Assembly (NCBI GenBank): GCA_051362555.1
Contig: CM120647.1
Span: 5,828,001 to 5,892,000 of the forward strand
DNA from: Lingula anatina
Taxonomy: Eukaryota > Animalia > Brachiopoda
Length of the DNA stretch: 64,000 nt
Reading direction: 5' to 3'
Every line of letters begins with the position of its first letter. The stretch's first letter is position 1. Positions 26,904 to 39,670 of the stretch are shown in pieces. The notes beneath the pieces were generated by a model. That model was not told the DNA's origin. It worked only from the letters and a program-made list of their open reading frames with translations, and made no database searches. The translations under genes and the position numbers were made by a program.

Positions 26904-28269
26904 TTTGCTGCTATGAGATACACACGTATTCAAGCAGTAACAAGTAAATGAGCTTACAATAATTGATAACTGTGAGCTGCAATAAATAGTGCCTCGATAG
27001 CTTGCTTTCTTGGGTCCTACGGTTCTGTTAATGGACAGAACAATAGAGAAGCTGCCCTATTATATCTTAGGTACTTGTGCGCATAACTGAACCGGCTTTT
27101 TATAAATGTCTTTTTATACACAAATCGTATATTTCCGACCCTTGACAGGGATAACCAATTACATGCTTTCTTTTAATAAGCTTTGGATACTGAGCTAATA
27201 GAAATATTCCTTTCAACAGTTCCTCATCTGCCCATTGGATGTGACTCAGCCAATATCAACCTTCATTAACCCCGCCACCAACCGCTACAATTGGGCCAAT
27301 GACACAATCCAATTCAATTAGCCCAGCTCCCAATTCCATCGTTTTGATCAAGAACAGAGCAAAGTGTAAGCCAGGAATCGTTGCGTTAAATCAAACAAAC
27401 AGACTAAGATCACACAGTGCAAGATAATGAAACAATGACTTTTTTTTTTTTGATAATACGCTTGTCCTTACTAAGAAAAAAATTGTTAGGCGATTTCAGA
27501 GCAAATTACAGAATACAAAAATCACTCTCAGAAGAGGAGATATAACAGTTTTATATAGAGTCTAGACGCATCATTGTTTATCTGAAAATGAAATAAAAAT
27601 ACATATTGGAAATTGGATAATTGCAGTTGAAAGTTTGAAATGCAGGCACATTTACAGTTTACATTAACGTGTGTCTGACACGTTCGTGTGAAGGCTGCTT
27701 TTTTAATTGCATGATTTGTTTCCCCACAAAACATATTCGACAAAACATTTACCTGCAGCAATTAAGTTAGTCAAGGTTTGTGAAGCTTTAACAACGATAA
27801 AAAAGGTAGAGTCTACCTTTTTTTCTGTTGTAATGTTTTAATGTTCTCCATACATTATTTTAATAATTATTCAAAAATAATTTTAATAATTATTAGAAAA
27901 TTATTTTATAATAGTACTATATGCACTGCGGGTGGGAGTGTTAAGAACACGCAAAACAGAATAATTATTTCAAACAGTATTTTACCACCAGTAAATGTTT
28001 ATCCTGAAATATGTATTTATGAAGAGTGAAAAAATAGGTCACTATTGATTAATGCATTGTTCGTGTGCTGTAGGAAGATTAACATGTTTAGAATTCCCAT
28101 TAGTATTAATTGTCTATGTAAGGGTTGAATTGAAACCACAAAGTTTTTAACTGTAAAATAAGACCTAATTCATGCTGTCAAAATCGACATTTGATAATTA
28201 TAAACGTTCATTAGACTTAAGTTCCTATTCATCGCACTCCAATCACCGCGGTTTACATTATACGGCTGG

Positions 28270-28545
28270 CCATGTTTTGCTCTGATACAGACTGGGTGTT
28301 GATGCTCTCGCTTCCCTGGGGAGGATACAGCCCAGCTGAGGTATGAGACGCTGAAAGCTAGCAAAGGAACAATGTCTTTCAGTGGCAGACCAGGAACTTT
28401 TTCCCCTGCTTCAACCGCTAAGTGCTAAGTGCCAAAGCGGGGAGACAGCAGGTATTGTTTATGAAGGACTCCTTTGTTTCCAAACGGGGTCTAACCCACG
28501 TCCTCGCGCTGCAGAGGCAGACACTCTACCCGTCAGGTCCAGAGG
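28270..28545 (-). mobile_element. tRNA-derived SINE
   Basis: Minus-strand head ctctggacctgacgggtagagtgtctgcctctgcagcgcgaggacgtgggttagacccc with A/B-box-like motifs. Duplicated at 37600-37882. Confidence 0.65.
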
Positions 28546-29073
28546 AAAGCATGTAAAACAATGGTCCACGTGTTCTTGTTATATTAGCTTTGAAGGTCCC
28601 TCTTCTCCATTAATCAAGATATTAAGAGAGTACAATAATTACAACTAAAAATGGGAAATTCCTCACAATTTGTGCTTGCCATCAGACCACGTGACATCTT
28701 TAAATGGCTACCCGTTGTAATAATCTCTTAAGAAATTACAACAAAAAGCTTATTATAAAAGAACGAAAGACAACTTTGAATGCCATTGTTAAGTATGGGA
28801 GAATTGTCAATAAAATTGTTAATTAATAGAAGAATCCATTTTTGCCAGAATGAACAGTTGTAATCCCTTTAATTATGTCAAATCATTGTTAATTCTGACA
28901 ATTCTGTTGAGTTATTTAAAAATTATTTTCCGAAAATGACATCTGTACAAATTATTCTGTTTATTTTCTATGTTTTAGGCACTCGAGGGTAAAAAAGGTC
29001 CATTTTATGACCAGAAAATCTCTCAATTGTCCGAGAAATTAAAGGGGCTTATAAGGGAAAATTTTCAGGTTAA

Positions 29074-29410
29074 AGGGATAATAACTCTTCGTATGAGATC
29101 TATATTTCACAATAAAAACATTGTGAACAACTCATAGAAATATAATATATTCTGTTTTACCACAAAAACGGTAGTTATAGCTATTATTCTGATATCTGAG
29201 CTTGTCTTTATATCATGTGACCTCCATTGATGGCTATACTCTGTTAAAATCTCTTAAGAGATTTGAACCAAAAACCAAACTTTTTAGAAAAAAACCAGGG
29301 ACTAAATTTGAATGTAAAAATGGATTCATTAACCATTGGTAAGTATGGGAAAATTGTTGTTTACTCCAGGAAAATTCATTTTTTAGCCAAAACGAAGAGT
29401 TATTATCCCT
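29074..29410. mobile_element. Kolobok-like MITE (TTAA TSD)
   Basis: Same TIR and TSD as 22243-22581. The empty site is visible in the paralogous block near 38415. Confidence 0.85.
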
Positions 29411-29969
29411 TTAAGGGATTCAATATTTTCACAAGAATGCAGCAAATGCATCTACAGAAGGAACATGCAGCTCTGTACTGTGTGGAGTAATTTTGATGCG
29501 GTTCGATTTCAACCAACGTTCATAAAAGTAGCTCCTTCGTTAATCTAAATTGTCAAACAAAAAATTATTTCGATCTTCAGACATAAGTTTGAGTTCACTT
29601 CAAATTCCGTGTTTTGCTGGATTAGATACCAACGTCATCACTGATGTTGTGTGCAACGTATTATTTGCCTATAAATTACTATACAAGATGGTCGCCCAAT
29701 GAAGACATATAAACCGTACAAAACCATAAAAGCTTTTTATACAGTGTAAAATGAATCATGTCACTTCGCAGTAAACATTTGAACTAAACATATATTGCAG
29801 TTATTAAATGATATTTATTCCCACGAATGGATTAAATGACATATTTTGGACAATCAGAAATTGTACAATTGGAAGAGAGAAAGAGAGAGAGAGCTAGAGT
29901 GTGTGTGTGTGTGAGGGGGGGGAGATTACAACATAATCGACCATGGTTATGTAATGGGTGAAATTTTAC

Positions 29970-32900
29970 TTATTCGAGAATCTCGGACCAACTTGTAGCT
30001 GGGGGCATTCCACAAACTGAAAAAAAATCAAGTACCACAGTTTAAAATGAGAATATAAAAAAAAATGTATGGCATACTTGTCTTTTAACGACTGCAAAAA
30101 TAGGTTAAGTTTTTCAAAATAAAAAATATTCATATAGAAATCTTGATTAAAATGCAATTGATTTTTTAACAAGAATAGTACTGGCAAATTGTGCCCATCA
30201 CCAGGTTTTACGGCACCTAGTCACATTTAACACGATGTTATATTATATTCTAATTCGCTGACACTTCAACGTATATAATTTTTTAATTGTCTAATAACTC
30301 TCAATGACCATAGCCACTTCATCTGCAAACATAAAAATCATTTTATCTATTATTTGCAAGGAGTCAATGTACCACTGCCTGTGTACAAAATCACATGAAA
30401 GCCTTTGCTCCATCACCAGTCATTAGAGTAAGAGCTCCCGCGTAGCCCAATTCCAGTTCCAATTCTGGTACTGACTTCTTTATATAAATCTGATAATTTT
30501 ACGACGCATAAGAAAACCAATATCTTCATAGAATTGACTTTATACAGATTTTTAAATAAAGAATAAAATGGAGAACCAGTGTCTGTACAGCAGCGCTGAT
30601 CGACCTCGAATGATCGTTCCCCTTCTCACGTGATCTGCTCACTGTTTGAATACAGCGCCCCCTGCATTACTCCCAAATGACCTTCCTCTTAAGACACGTC
30701 ATCGTTGACTCGTTAAACGACAATAAAGACATTTACTCTCAGTCACATACATGTACCCGGTATGACACAATATTTAGCGCATCAAGTCACAATTTCACTG
30801 ATTGTGACTATTCCTACATACCTCCTGCATGTTCAAGTTCCACATACTTCTTTTCTCTCATACATGGGTCTGAGGAAATACGGTTTAACATTCTGGCAAC
30901 GTCTCTGGGGTTGAAACACATGTACTGACTCCAGAGGTGGTATGTGCTCTCACCAAGCTCAGGAAAGTAATGGCGGCTCAAAATAAAGTGATAATCGGTT
31001 TCTATAATGTTACCATAGAACATAAAAGTCCCATCTGAAAGAAACAAAATATAACTAAAATTAGAGAGACATATTATCTCAAACATGTTTGTTGAGGTTA
31101 TCAGAATAGACAATTATTGAGGAAGGAGAGAAATGTCAGCAAATGCAACTGCACACGTATCCCAATATATTCTTTAAAAAATTAAGTAAACTCTTCCCAA
31201 GGTGGACTTCGGAGACAGAACATGCTTAGGGGAGCGCCGCCAAAGCCAAATGTAAGCTAGAAAGGCATTCAAAAAACGGAGATCTCCACCCAAGTACCTC
31301 AATTGGAATGATAATTATTCTTGATTAACTAATTATAAAAAAAAACATCTTTAGCTCTTAATTAACTAATTGATAAACTGAATTAATTAATCAAAATTTT
31401 AAGTCTGGCAAACTATAACTCCTTGCCATTTCTACAATAGTACAGACTTGACATTTAATATGGATTTTTTTCCAAATCATTTTTCATCACTTTTTCCTAT
31501 TTTGCTGACTGATAAATGGAAATAAGGATTAATATCGTGTTTTAATAACTTTAAATTATCTCTTTGATGTCATTGTGACATCAGTTCATTGATTGAATTC
31601 GAAATTGAAGCAAACAGAAATATTTTGCCTATTCTATGTTATAAGATATCCATTAAAAGAAATATTTTGTATCTTCATTTTTTCCAAATTCTGTAAAAGA
31701 GGTACACGCTCCACAAAGGACCCTCATGTCAGAATCTAGTCATAGTAACGGTCGCTGTTACGTCTGGCCTCTTCTGGCTGTTACCAGCGCTCTCAAGCGG
31801 CAAGGCATTTCTTGGGATAGGTTTTTAAGTTTAATCTGGAATAACATTCCAGGCATCGGTCAAAAATTGTTCAATTTGGTCCAGTTTTGTTGAAGGCATG
31901 TAGGCAGTTGATTCAGCAAATGGCCTACCCACATTTTGTCTGTACGGCTCAAATGTGGCGATTTTGATGAGCTGCTCATTCCCTTGGTTCTGTAAGTTAT
32001 TAAAAGCATTCTGTGTAAACCGCAATCTCACCGTGCAACCTAAAATTGTTCCTAAGGTGCCCCCTATCAAATGATAGTTAAGTGGTTCCCAGATTATTCC
32101 TTTATATGATCTGGTTGAGGTTTTCGTCGATGACTACCATCGGTGTTTTGGCACCAAAGTGGTATCCACTCCAAATACAGACGCTGTTAATGACCTTAGT
32201 CACTTTAGACTCGGAAAATGCTTCGTTGTGGCCTCTTCTGAATGTCCGTAAACTCTGTTTTTACTACTTGGGCGGTACAGGTGAAATCTATCGTGAATAA
32301 AGAAAGCCACGCGGTTTCAGCGTTCTACCCAGAAACGGCCATGGCCCCCAATTCATTACAGAAACAGACGACAATGTTTTGCTGTTTACCATGGGTACCT
32401 TGGAGGTCGTCTGGTATTCTAACCTGCTAAAACCAGTTTGGTGTTCGCTAAGGGCATTGAAAAACGCATTTTAGTGGTAATTTACCCCTCGTTCTTAACA
32501 GACTGGCCTGTTTTTGTTTAGTTGCAGCAGCGTATCCCGAAAGACAGTGGGTCCTGTACCCTGGAGGAAAGATTTTGATACATAGGGTGTGACCTCTGTG
32601 TAGGTACATCAGTCTGGGCATTACCCTATAAAACTGTGCGGACCGTTCCCTTTGGCGCTATAATCTGTCTGGTAATGTCTTTTTTACACCTTTCTGCTAC
32701 AGATTAACAAATTTGTAAAGCACCACTTACATGTAGCTCATTTCACGCACTGCAAAACTGACCGGTTGCATGCAATATTTCAAATTCTTCTATGCAGTAG
32801 TTGCCGACATCTGGATATTTTTTTTTTTTTTTTTTTTTTTTGACAGAACCAAGCTTTGCCTAAGCCAAGCTTTGACCAGCCCAAAGGAACACTGCCCCAT

Positions 32901-33115
32901 TAAATTACTGCATATTACATAACGTAGTAGCGCAACAGACATGGAAGTCAGTTTATTGGTAGCAACACACCTGACTACACGCTTCTCCGTTCACAAATCT
33001 TATATGCGATCAGAGTTTTTTTAAAAAGAACGCATTTTTACCCAGGCATACCTTCGAAAATGAAATATTCCATATTAAATGTCAAGTCTGTATATAAACA
33101 CAAATAAATTCATCA

Positions 33116-33150
<35 letters not shown>

Positions 33151-34545
33151 TGTTTTGAACCAATCAGAGGTCACCGGAAAGTTTTCTTTATAGTGAGCTT
33201 CCTTTTATACGTTTTTAGTGAGTTTTTCAGAAACTCCCTGAGACTAGGCGAAAGCTTTCAATACACAAACTTACCGTCTTTAATGGCTGCAAGTACACCC
33301 GGTTGTTCCGTTAGATAAAGAGTGTAGTCAAACTCGTCGCACAAGCTCTCATTTGACCAGCTGCAAAATAAAATAAAATAAAAATCAGGGCTGTTCAGTG
33401 ATTTTACTTGGTTATTTGCTTTCACTAGGATCTATTTAGGTAAGTGGCGTTTCTAAAAGAAAACACTAAGGAGATCCTGGTGCCTCCGTTGTGCAACCAT
33501 AAAACTAACCCAACCGCCATCGGAGGCTCAGATCATGTTTTGTGGAGGATCGGGTTGTACGAAGGATGTCCACGCGTCGCCGTTAACGCCATAATCGCCA
33601 CAAAGCTTGTTAAGCATGTTCAAAACAATTCAGTATATGGGTCATTTCAAAGCATTTGGTTCAGACCAGTTGCCTAAGAAACCACTTCTCGAATCCCTTT
33701 TAAATTGATCTATTTTTCAGTCAAATGGCTACTGTATGTATTTATATGCTTTGGGCTGTTTGGCAGGTATACTATTATATTTTTGAATTACTATAATAAT
33801 ATTAATTATTATTATTATTGTTATTATTATTATTATTATTATTATATTGCGTGACATCATATGACAAGAGGACGTACCAAGTGGGGTCTAGAGGTCGTAT
33901 TATACAGTAATACAAATATGACATGCATGATAATGACACGATAATGACACAGCAGTTAATTTTCCCTGCTGTACATAGTTCTAGTATTGGTATTTTGAGA
34001 GAAAACAACCATGAAAATCTCATTGGATGATATTGCCAACTTCTTTTTGTGCGCTCTCTAATTTGTCTCCCATCATTTCTGAGCCTATGCTCTTCTTGGA
34101 GTCTTTGAAATCGTTTTCTATCACGCTAATATGTGAAAACCGTCATCTTTGACTGGGTTCCCATAAACCTATTGACTAGCAAGGTAGATCTAACTTCTAG
34201 AGAATGCTAAATTGCATTCAGTCTCATCTGCTTAAACAACTGTATCGCACACCGAAGCTGCCGAGGTAATTAACTTTCGTGCAAGCTTAAAAAATGGCAA
34301 GAATTTCCATCGGAGATAGATCGATCCTGCTAATTCGAATGGGTTATGGGAATGGTCCCTTTGTTGTTCTTACCTCCTAAACCTGTGCATTCTAACGCCT
34401 GGGCCGCCGCTGTTCTCATCCAGGTAGGTCACATTTAAACGACCGTTCTGCAGATATCTAGACTCGTCGTGTGTAGACAGCAGGGTGACCACTAACTCCC
34501 ACCAATTTCCATTTAACTGTAAACAACAACAACAACAACAACAAC

Positions 34546-34592
<47 letters not shown>

Positions 34593-34927
34593 TAATCATC
34601 ATTATTATTATTATTATTATTATAAAATATGTCTCAAACATCAGATACTTTTAATTCGGTAATGGATTTGTATTTCGCAGTGTTTAAGTCTTTGGATTAA
34701 GAACGAAAATAAACAGTTTTAAAAGAAAAAAACTTTTTAATCTATGCAAAGACCTTACATGCATAACACAGTATGCCTTATATGGAACGTACCTTACTCA
34801 TATCGATATCCTGGTTAGGAGAAAGGTTGCACTGGTCAGGGAATGGCACGAGTCTGCCACTTTTCCTTGACGACACCAATATAACCACACTGCAAGCAAC
34901 CAGCAGAAAGAGTAACCTGGACATCAT
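29970..34927 (-). CDS. Secreted lipocalin, array copy 5, 206-207 aa
   Basis: Exons 34927/34924-34793, 34516-34374, 33360-33275, 31034-30822, 30016-29970. (M)MSRLLFLLVACS...DIDMSK|LNGNWWEL...|WSNESLCDEF...|...IETDYHF...LWSQ...|VCGMPPATSWSEILE*. Confidence 0.9.
31757..32700 (-). mobile_element. Degraded Tc1-like transposase remnant in lipocalin 5 intron 3
   Basis: Frameshifted pieces VCIWSGYHFGAKTPMVVIDENLNQ, SKSPHLSRTDKMW, DAWNVIPD and MPCRLRALVTARRGQT resemble Tc1 catalytic and C-terminal motifs. Boundaries approximate. Confidence 0.7.
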
Positions 34928-36640
34928 TGCTGTCATGTGGTGTACACGTATTTAGGCAGTAGCACTTAGATAAGCAGACAAAACTTGATACCGTGCGCTG
35001 CAAAAATAGTGCCTCGATAGTTTGCTCTCTCGGGTCCACAAAAACAATTAATACAGAACCGTCGCTATTATGATTAAATATTCGGTACTTGTGCGGTTAA
35101 GTCAACCGGCATGCCCTTTTATACATAAACCGTGTATTTCCTACCCTTGACAGTTCAACCTTTACAGGGATAACCGGTTATATGGTTTTTATTAATAAGC
35201 TTTGGTTACTGAGCCAATGGTATCATTCCTTTCAACACTTCCTCATCCGCCCATTTGATGTGACCCAGCCAATGTCAGCCTTGGTTTAATGGAACCCTTC
35301 CCTTTTGCCGAAGTTACAAAGAAATTCAATTAAGCCTTACTGTTTCTGTCGTTTTGATCCAGAACAGAGCAAAATGTTGGTCTGGAATCCTTACATTAAA
35401 TCAAGCAAAGAGTCTAGGGCCACACAGTGCAATGCATTTAAAACCAATTATTTTTTAAAAAAGAAATAATCTTGTCATTACTAAGAAGAACATCGTTAGT
35501 CATTTTCAGAGAAAAATAAATAATGCAAAAGCCACTCTCAGAGGGGAGATATTTCTACATTTTTATCAAGTCTAGACATATGATTGCATATCTGAAAATG
35601 AAATAAAAACATGCATTCCAAATTGGATAATTACAGGGGAAACTTTGCGATGCAGGCACATATATAGTTTTAAATGAAATCTGTTTGGTGTGTTCGTTTG
35701 TAGGCCACTTTTTTAATTGCATCACTCACAAAACAAATTTGACAAAACATTTACCTGCAGAAAAACGTGGTAAGCAGCTAGTCTAGCTTTGTGAAGCTAT
35801 AACGAGAAAAAATTAGAGTAATGGTTTCCAGACAATATTAAATATTACCGTGTGAACTAAGGATGGCAGTGTTGAGACCATACAAAACAGTATGTTTATG
35901 CTAAACAATATTTTTTCACCAGTAAATGTTTATCCTTAAATATTCATTTGTAGAATTAATTATACAGAGACCGGAGTGGTCTCCAAATTTAAGCTTATAG
36001 AATTACTGATAAGGAAGACAAGGATTTGGCTACACCATTGAAATTTGTGATTATCCATGTGACTAATGATGACCGCTATTATTCATATATTCTACTCGCT
36101 GTCTGGTTTATCCATGCTGATATATTGGATCCATATTATCGAAACATTTTAAGTTTTACGGTGCTGCTAGCTCTTTAATAAATCTGTAATTATTAATTTA
36201 ATAATTAATAATTAGTAATTCTTTAGAATTACTGAGATTCGGACACACGTTTACAAATGTAGATGTCATAAGATCATTAAGATTAGCTAAAGATTTATTT
36301 AGTCAATAAATATGTAAAATATACAATATCAGAACAGAGCAAAATGTAAGTCTGGAATCGTTAAATTTAATCAAGCAAACAGCCTGGGGCCACACAGTGC
36401 AAGACAATTAAAACCAATGCTTTTTTTTAGAAATAAGCTTGTCATTACAAATAAGAACATCGTTAGTCATTCTCAGAAAAAAAAATTAAAAAAATACACA
36501 AACCAATTATATTAACCCAGCTCCACATTCCACTGTTTTGATCCAAAACAGAGCAAAGTAGGAATCGTTACGTTCAATCAAGCAAACGGACTTAGATCAC
36601 ACAAATTGTTTTTTTAAAAGAATATGCTTGTCCTTACTAA

Positions 36641-36855
36641 GGCTGTATTCCCAGAGCTTTTAGATCGATCTATCCCCGTGGGGAGTCTCACTAGATTACT
36701 GTCAGATAATTCGGCTTAAATGCCCGTCCCGCCTACTACAAGCTGTAAGGGGGTAATTAACTTTCGTGTCCGCTCGGCTGACAGCTATTTAACGTGAACC
36801 CCCAGGGAGTTAGGTCGATCTAAAGTAGATCGATTTAATCTCTGAAAATGGGGTC
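36641..36855. mobile_element. Harbinger-like MITE family (related copies about 3238-3473, 34150-34360, 43110-43347)
   Basis: TAA duplication, with the empty site ccttactaagaaaa at about 27467 in the paralogous block. Shared gatcgatc and gggttatgggaatggtccc subterminal motifs. Confidence 0.65.
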
Positions 36856-37599
36856 TAAGAAAAACATTTTTAGTCATTTTCAGGGCAAATTACAGAATAC
36901 AAAATTCACTTTCAGAAGGGGAGATATTGCTACAGTTTTTTTATCGAGTCTAGACATATCATTGCTGATCTGAAAATGAAATAAAAATATGCATTGGAAA
37001 TTGGATAATTACAGTGGAAGGTTTGATATACAGGCACATATACAGTTTTGATTGACTTGTGTCTGACACGTTCGTGTGAAGGCTGCTTTTTTAATTGCAT
37101 GATTTGCATCCCCACAAAACAAATTCGACAAAACATTTACCTGCAGCAATTAAGTTAGTCAAGGTTTGTGAAGCTATAACAACGATAAAATAAAGAGTCT
37201 ACCTTCTTCTGTTGTAATATACTAATGTTCTTCATACATTATTAAACAGTGCCATATCCACTAAGGGTGGAAGTGTTAAGAACATATAAAACAGTATGAT
37301 TATTCTATACATTATTTATCATCAGTAAATGTTTATCAGAAAATATGTATTTATGAAGAGTGAAATAAAAATGTCACTATTGATTAATGCATTGTTCGTG
37401 TGCTGTGACAAGATTAACATTTTTTTAAATCCCCATTAGTATTAATTGTCTATGTAAGGGTTGAATTGAAACCACAAAGTTTTTAACTGTAAAATAAGAC
37501 TTCATTCATGCTGTCAAAATCGACATTTGATAATTATAAACGTGAAGTAGACTTAAATTCCTATTCACCGCACTCCAATCACCGCGGTTTACATTATAC

Positions 37600-37882
37600 G
37601 ACTGGTCATTTTTAGCGCTGATACAGACTGGGTGCTGATGCTTTCGCCTCCCTGGGGAGGATACAGCTCAGTCGAGGTATGAGGTGCTGAAAGCTAGCAA
37701 AGGAACAAAATCTTTCTCTGCCCTACCAGAAGAACTCTCCCCCTGCTCCAACCGTTAAGTGGTAAGTGCCAATCGGGGAGAAACCAGGTACCGTTTATGA
37801 AGGACTCCTTTGTTTCCAAACGGGGTCTAACCCACGTCCTCGCGCTGCAGAGGCAGACACTCTACCCGTCAGGTCCAGAGGA
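37600..37882 (-). mobile_element. tRNA-derived SINE (paralogous copy)
   Basis: Near-identical head to 28270-28545, inside the duplicated intergenic block. Confidence 0.65.
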
Positions 37883-39543
37883 AAGCATGAAACACAATGG
37901 TCCCTGTGTCCTTGTTATATTAGCTTTGAAGGTCCCTCTTCTCCATTAATCAAGATACTAAGCTAGTGCGCTAAATGCATTGTAAACAACCCATTTAAAA
38001 TATGGGAAATTGTATTATACCACCAAAACAGCGGTTTTGCAATTTTTCTGAAATCTGTGCTGCCATCAGACCACGTGACATCCATAAATGGCTGCCCTTT
38101 TGTAATTATCTCTTGAGGGATTATTTTAAAAAAAGTAGAAAAAAGGACTCACTTTGAATGTCAGAAACTCTAGTGGCGTTGTAATCCCTTAAGTTGTTAA
38201 ATCAAACGCCACTAATTTCAAATAGTATACATTGTACCAATAAGAAATTCTGATTAGTTTCGTTTAATTATTTTTCGAAAATGACATTTTTACAAATAAT
38301 TTCTACTTATTTTTTTATGCTTTAAGCACTCTAGGGTAAAAATGTCCATTTTATGACAAGAATGTTTCTCTGTTGTCTGAAAAATTAAAGGGGCTTATAA
38401 AGGAAAATATTCAAGTTTAGTGAATCAATATTTTCACAAGATTGCAGGCAGTGCATCTACAGAAGGCACATGAAGCTCTGTTCTGTCTAGAGTAATTTTG
38501 ATGCGGTTTGATTTGAACCAACTTTTGTAGAAATAACTTCTTCGTTTTATCTAAATTGTCAAAAAAAAAATTATTGCAATTTCAGACATATTTGAGTTTA
38601 CTTCAAATTCCGTGTTTTGCTGAATTAGATATCAACGTCACCACTGATGTTGTATGTAATGTATTATTAGCCTATAAATTAATTTACAAGATGGTCGCCG
38701 AGCCTAATGAAGACATATATACTGAACAACAGCTATAAAAACTTATTTTTACAGTGTAGTTTATTTTGAAAAAAGAATCATGTCACTTCTCAGGTACAGT
38801 AAAATGATTTTTATTCCCACGAATGGACTAACCGACAAGTTTCAGACCATCGGAATCTGTACAAGATTGTCGCAAATGCCCTTTTAGAAGTAATCACTTC
38901 CTACGGTGGCCACTGTGTAACGTGATGGTGCATAACAGACATGTAAAAAGATTTTTTACTGCTAGGTGTTGATTTATATTGTTCAATATACATGAAGGTA
39001 TTTTATCAATTCAAAATGTCATCAGCGACAAAATGAATGCTATTCACAAATATGTTTCCAAAATTTACATCATATTTTTCTTCATTGTAGCCCTTACGAA
39101 AAATATAACGATTGGATACCCTGTATCGTATACAGATTATTAGTACCAGTTTCCTACACAACGTGAAAAAAATATACCAAAGAAACAACCTCAATTGGGA
39201 AGCAAGAAGGCTTCAAATCTGCGCATTTTGTGCATTTTGGTCGCATATTTGACTTACTTTTTTCCCACCAGGCCCAGATGCATAGAACGTAAGCATAAAA
39301 TATCTGTGAAGATATAATTTTGTCGGAAGAAAAAAAAGAAACTGACATGTTTCTATAAGCTATACTATTTGAATCATTATGGTGGTATTTGATCGAGTTC
39401 AGTGGCACTTATTTGACCCCAAGTGCTTGACGACTAAACAAAGAAGTATTTAAGTTAGCATTTCTGCTTTAATTATATCTTGATTTAGAACACATTTTAT
39501 TAATATCGACTGCAAGTGATGTAGAGATTCAGATGTTTGTCTT

Positions 39544-39583
<40 letters not shown>

Positions 39584-39670
39584 CAACAGAAAGTCTATTT
39601 ATCTCATGAGATGATACAATAACATGAACACAAGGGATCTTTCGGTCTCGTAAGTACGACATAATTTCCC

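Noticed and set aside
28470-28545. tRNA-like sequence
   Set aside because: No complete cloverleaf, and it continues into a SINE body, so it is treated as a SINE head.
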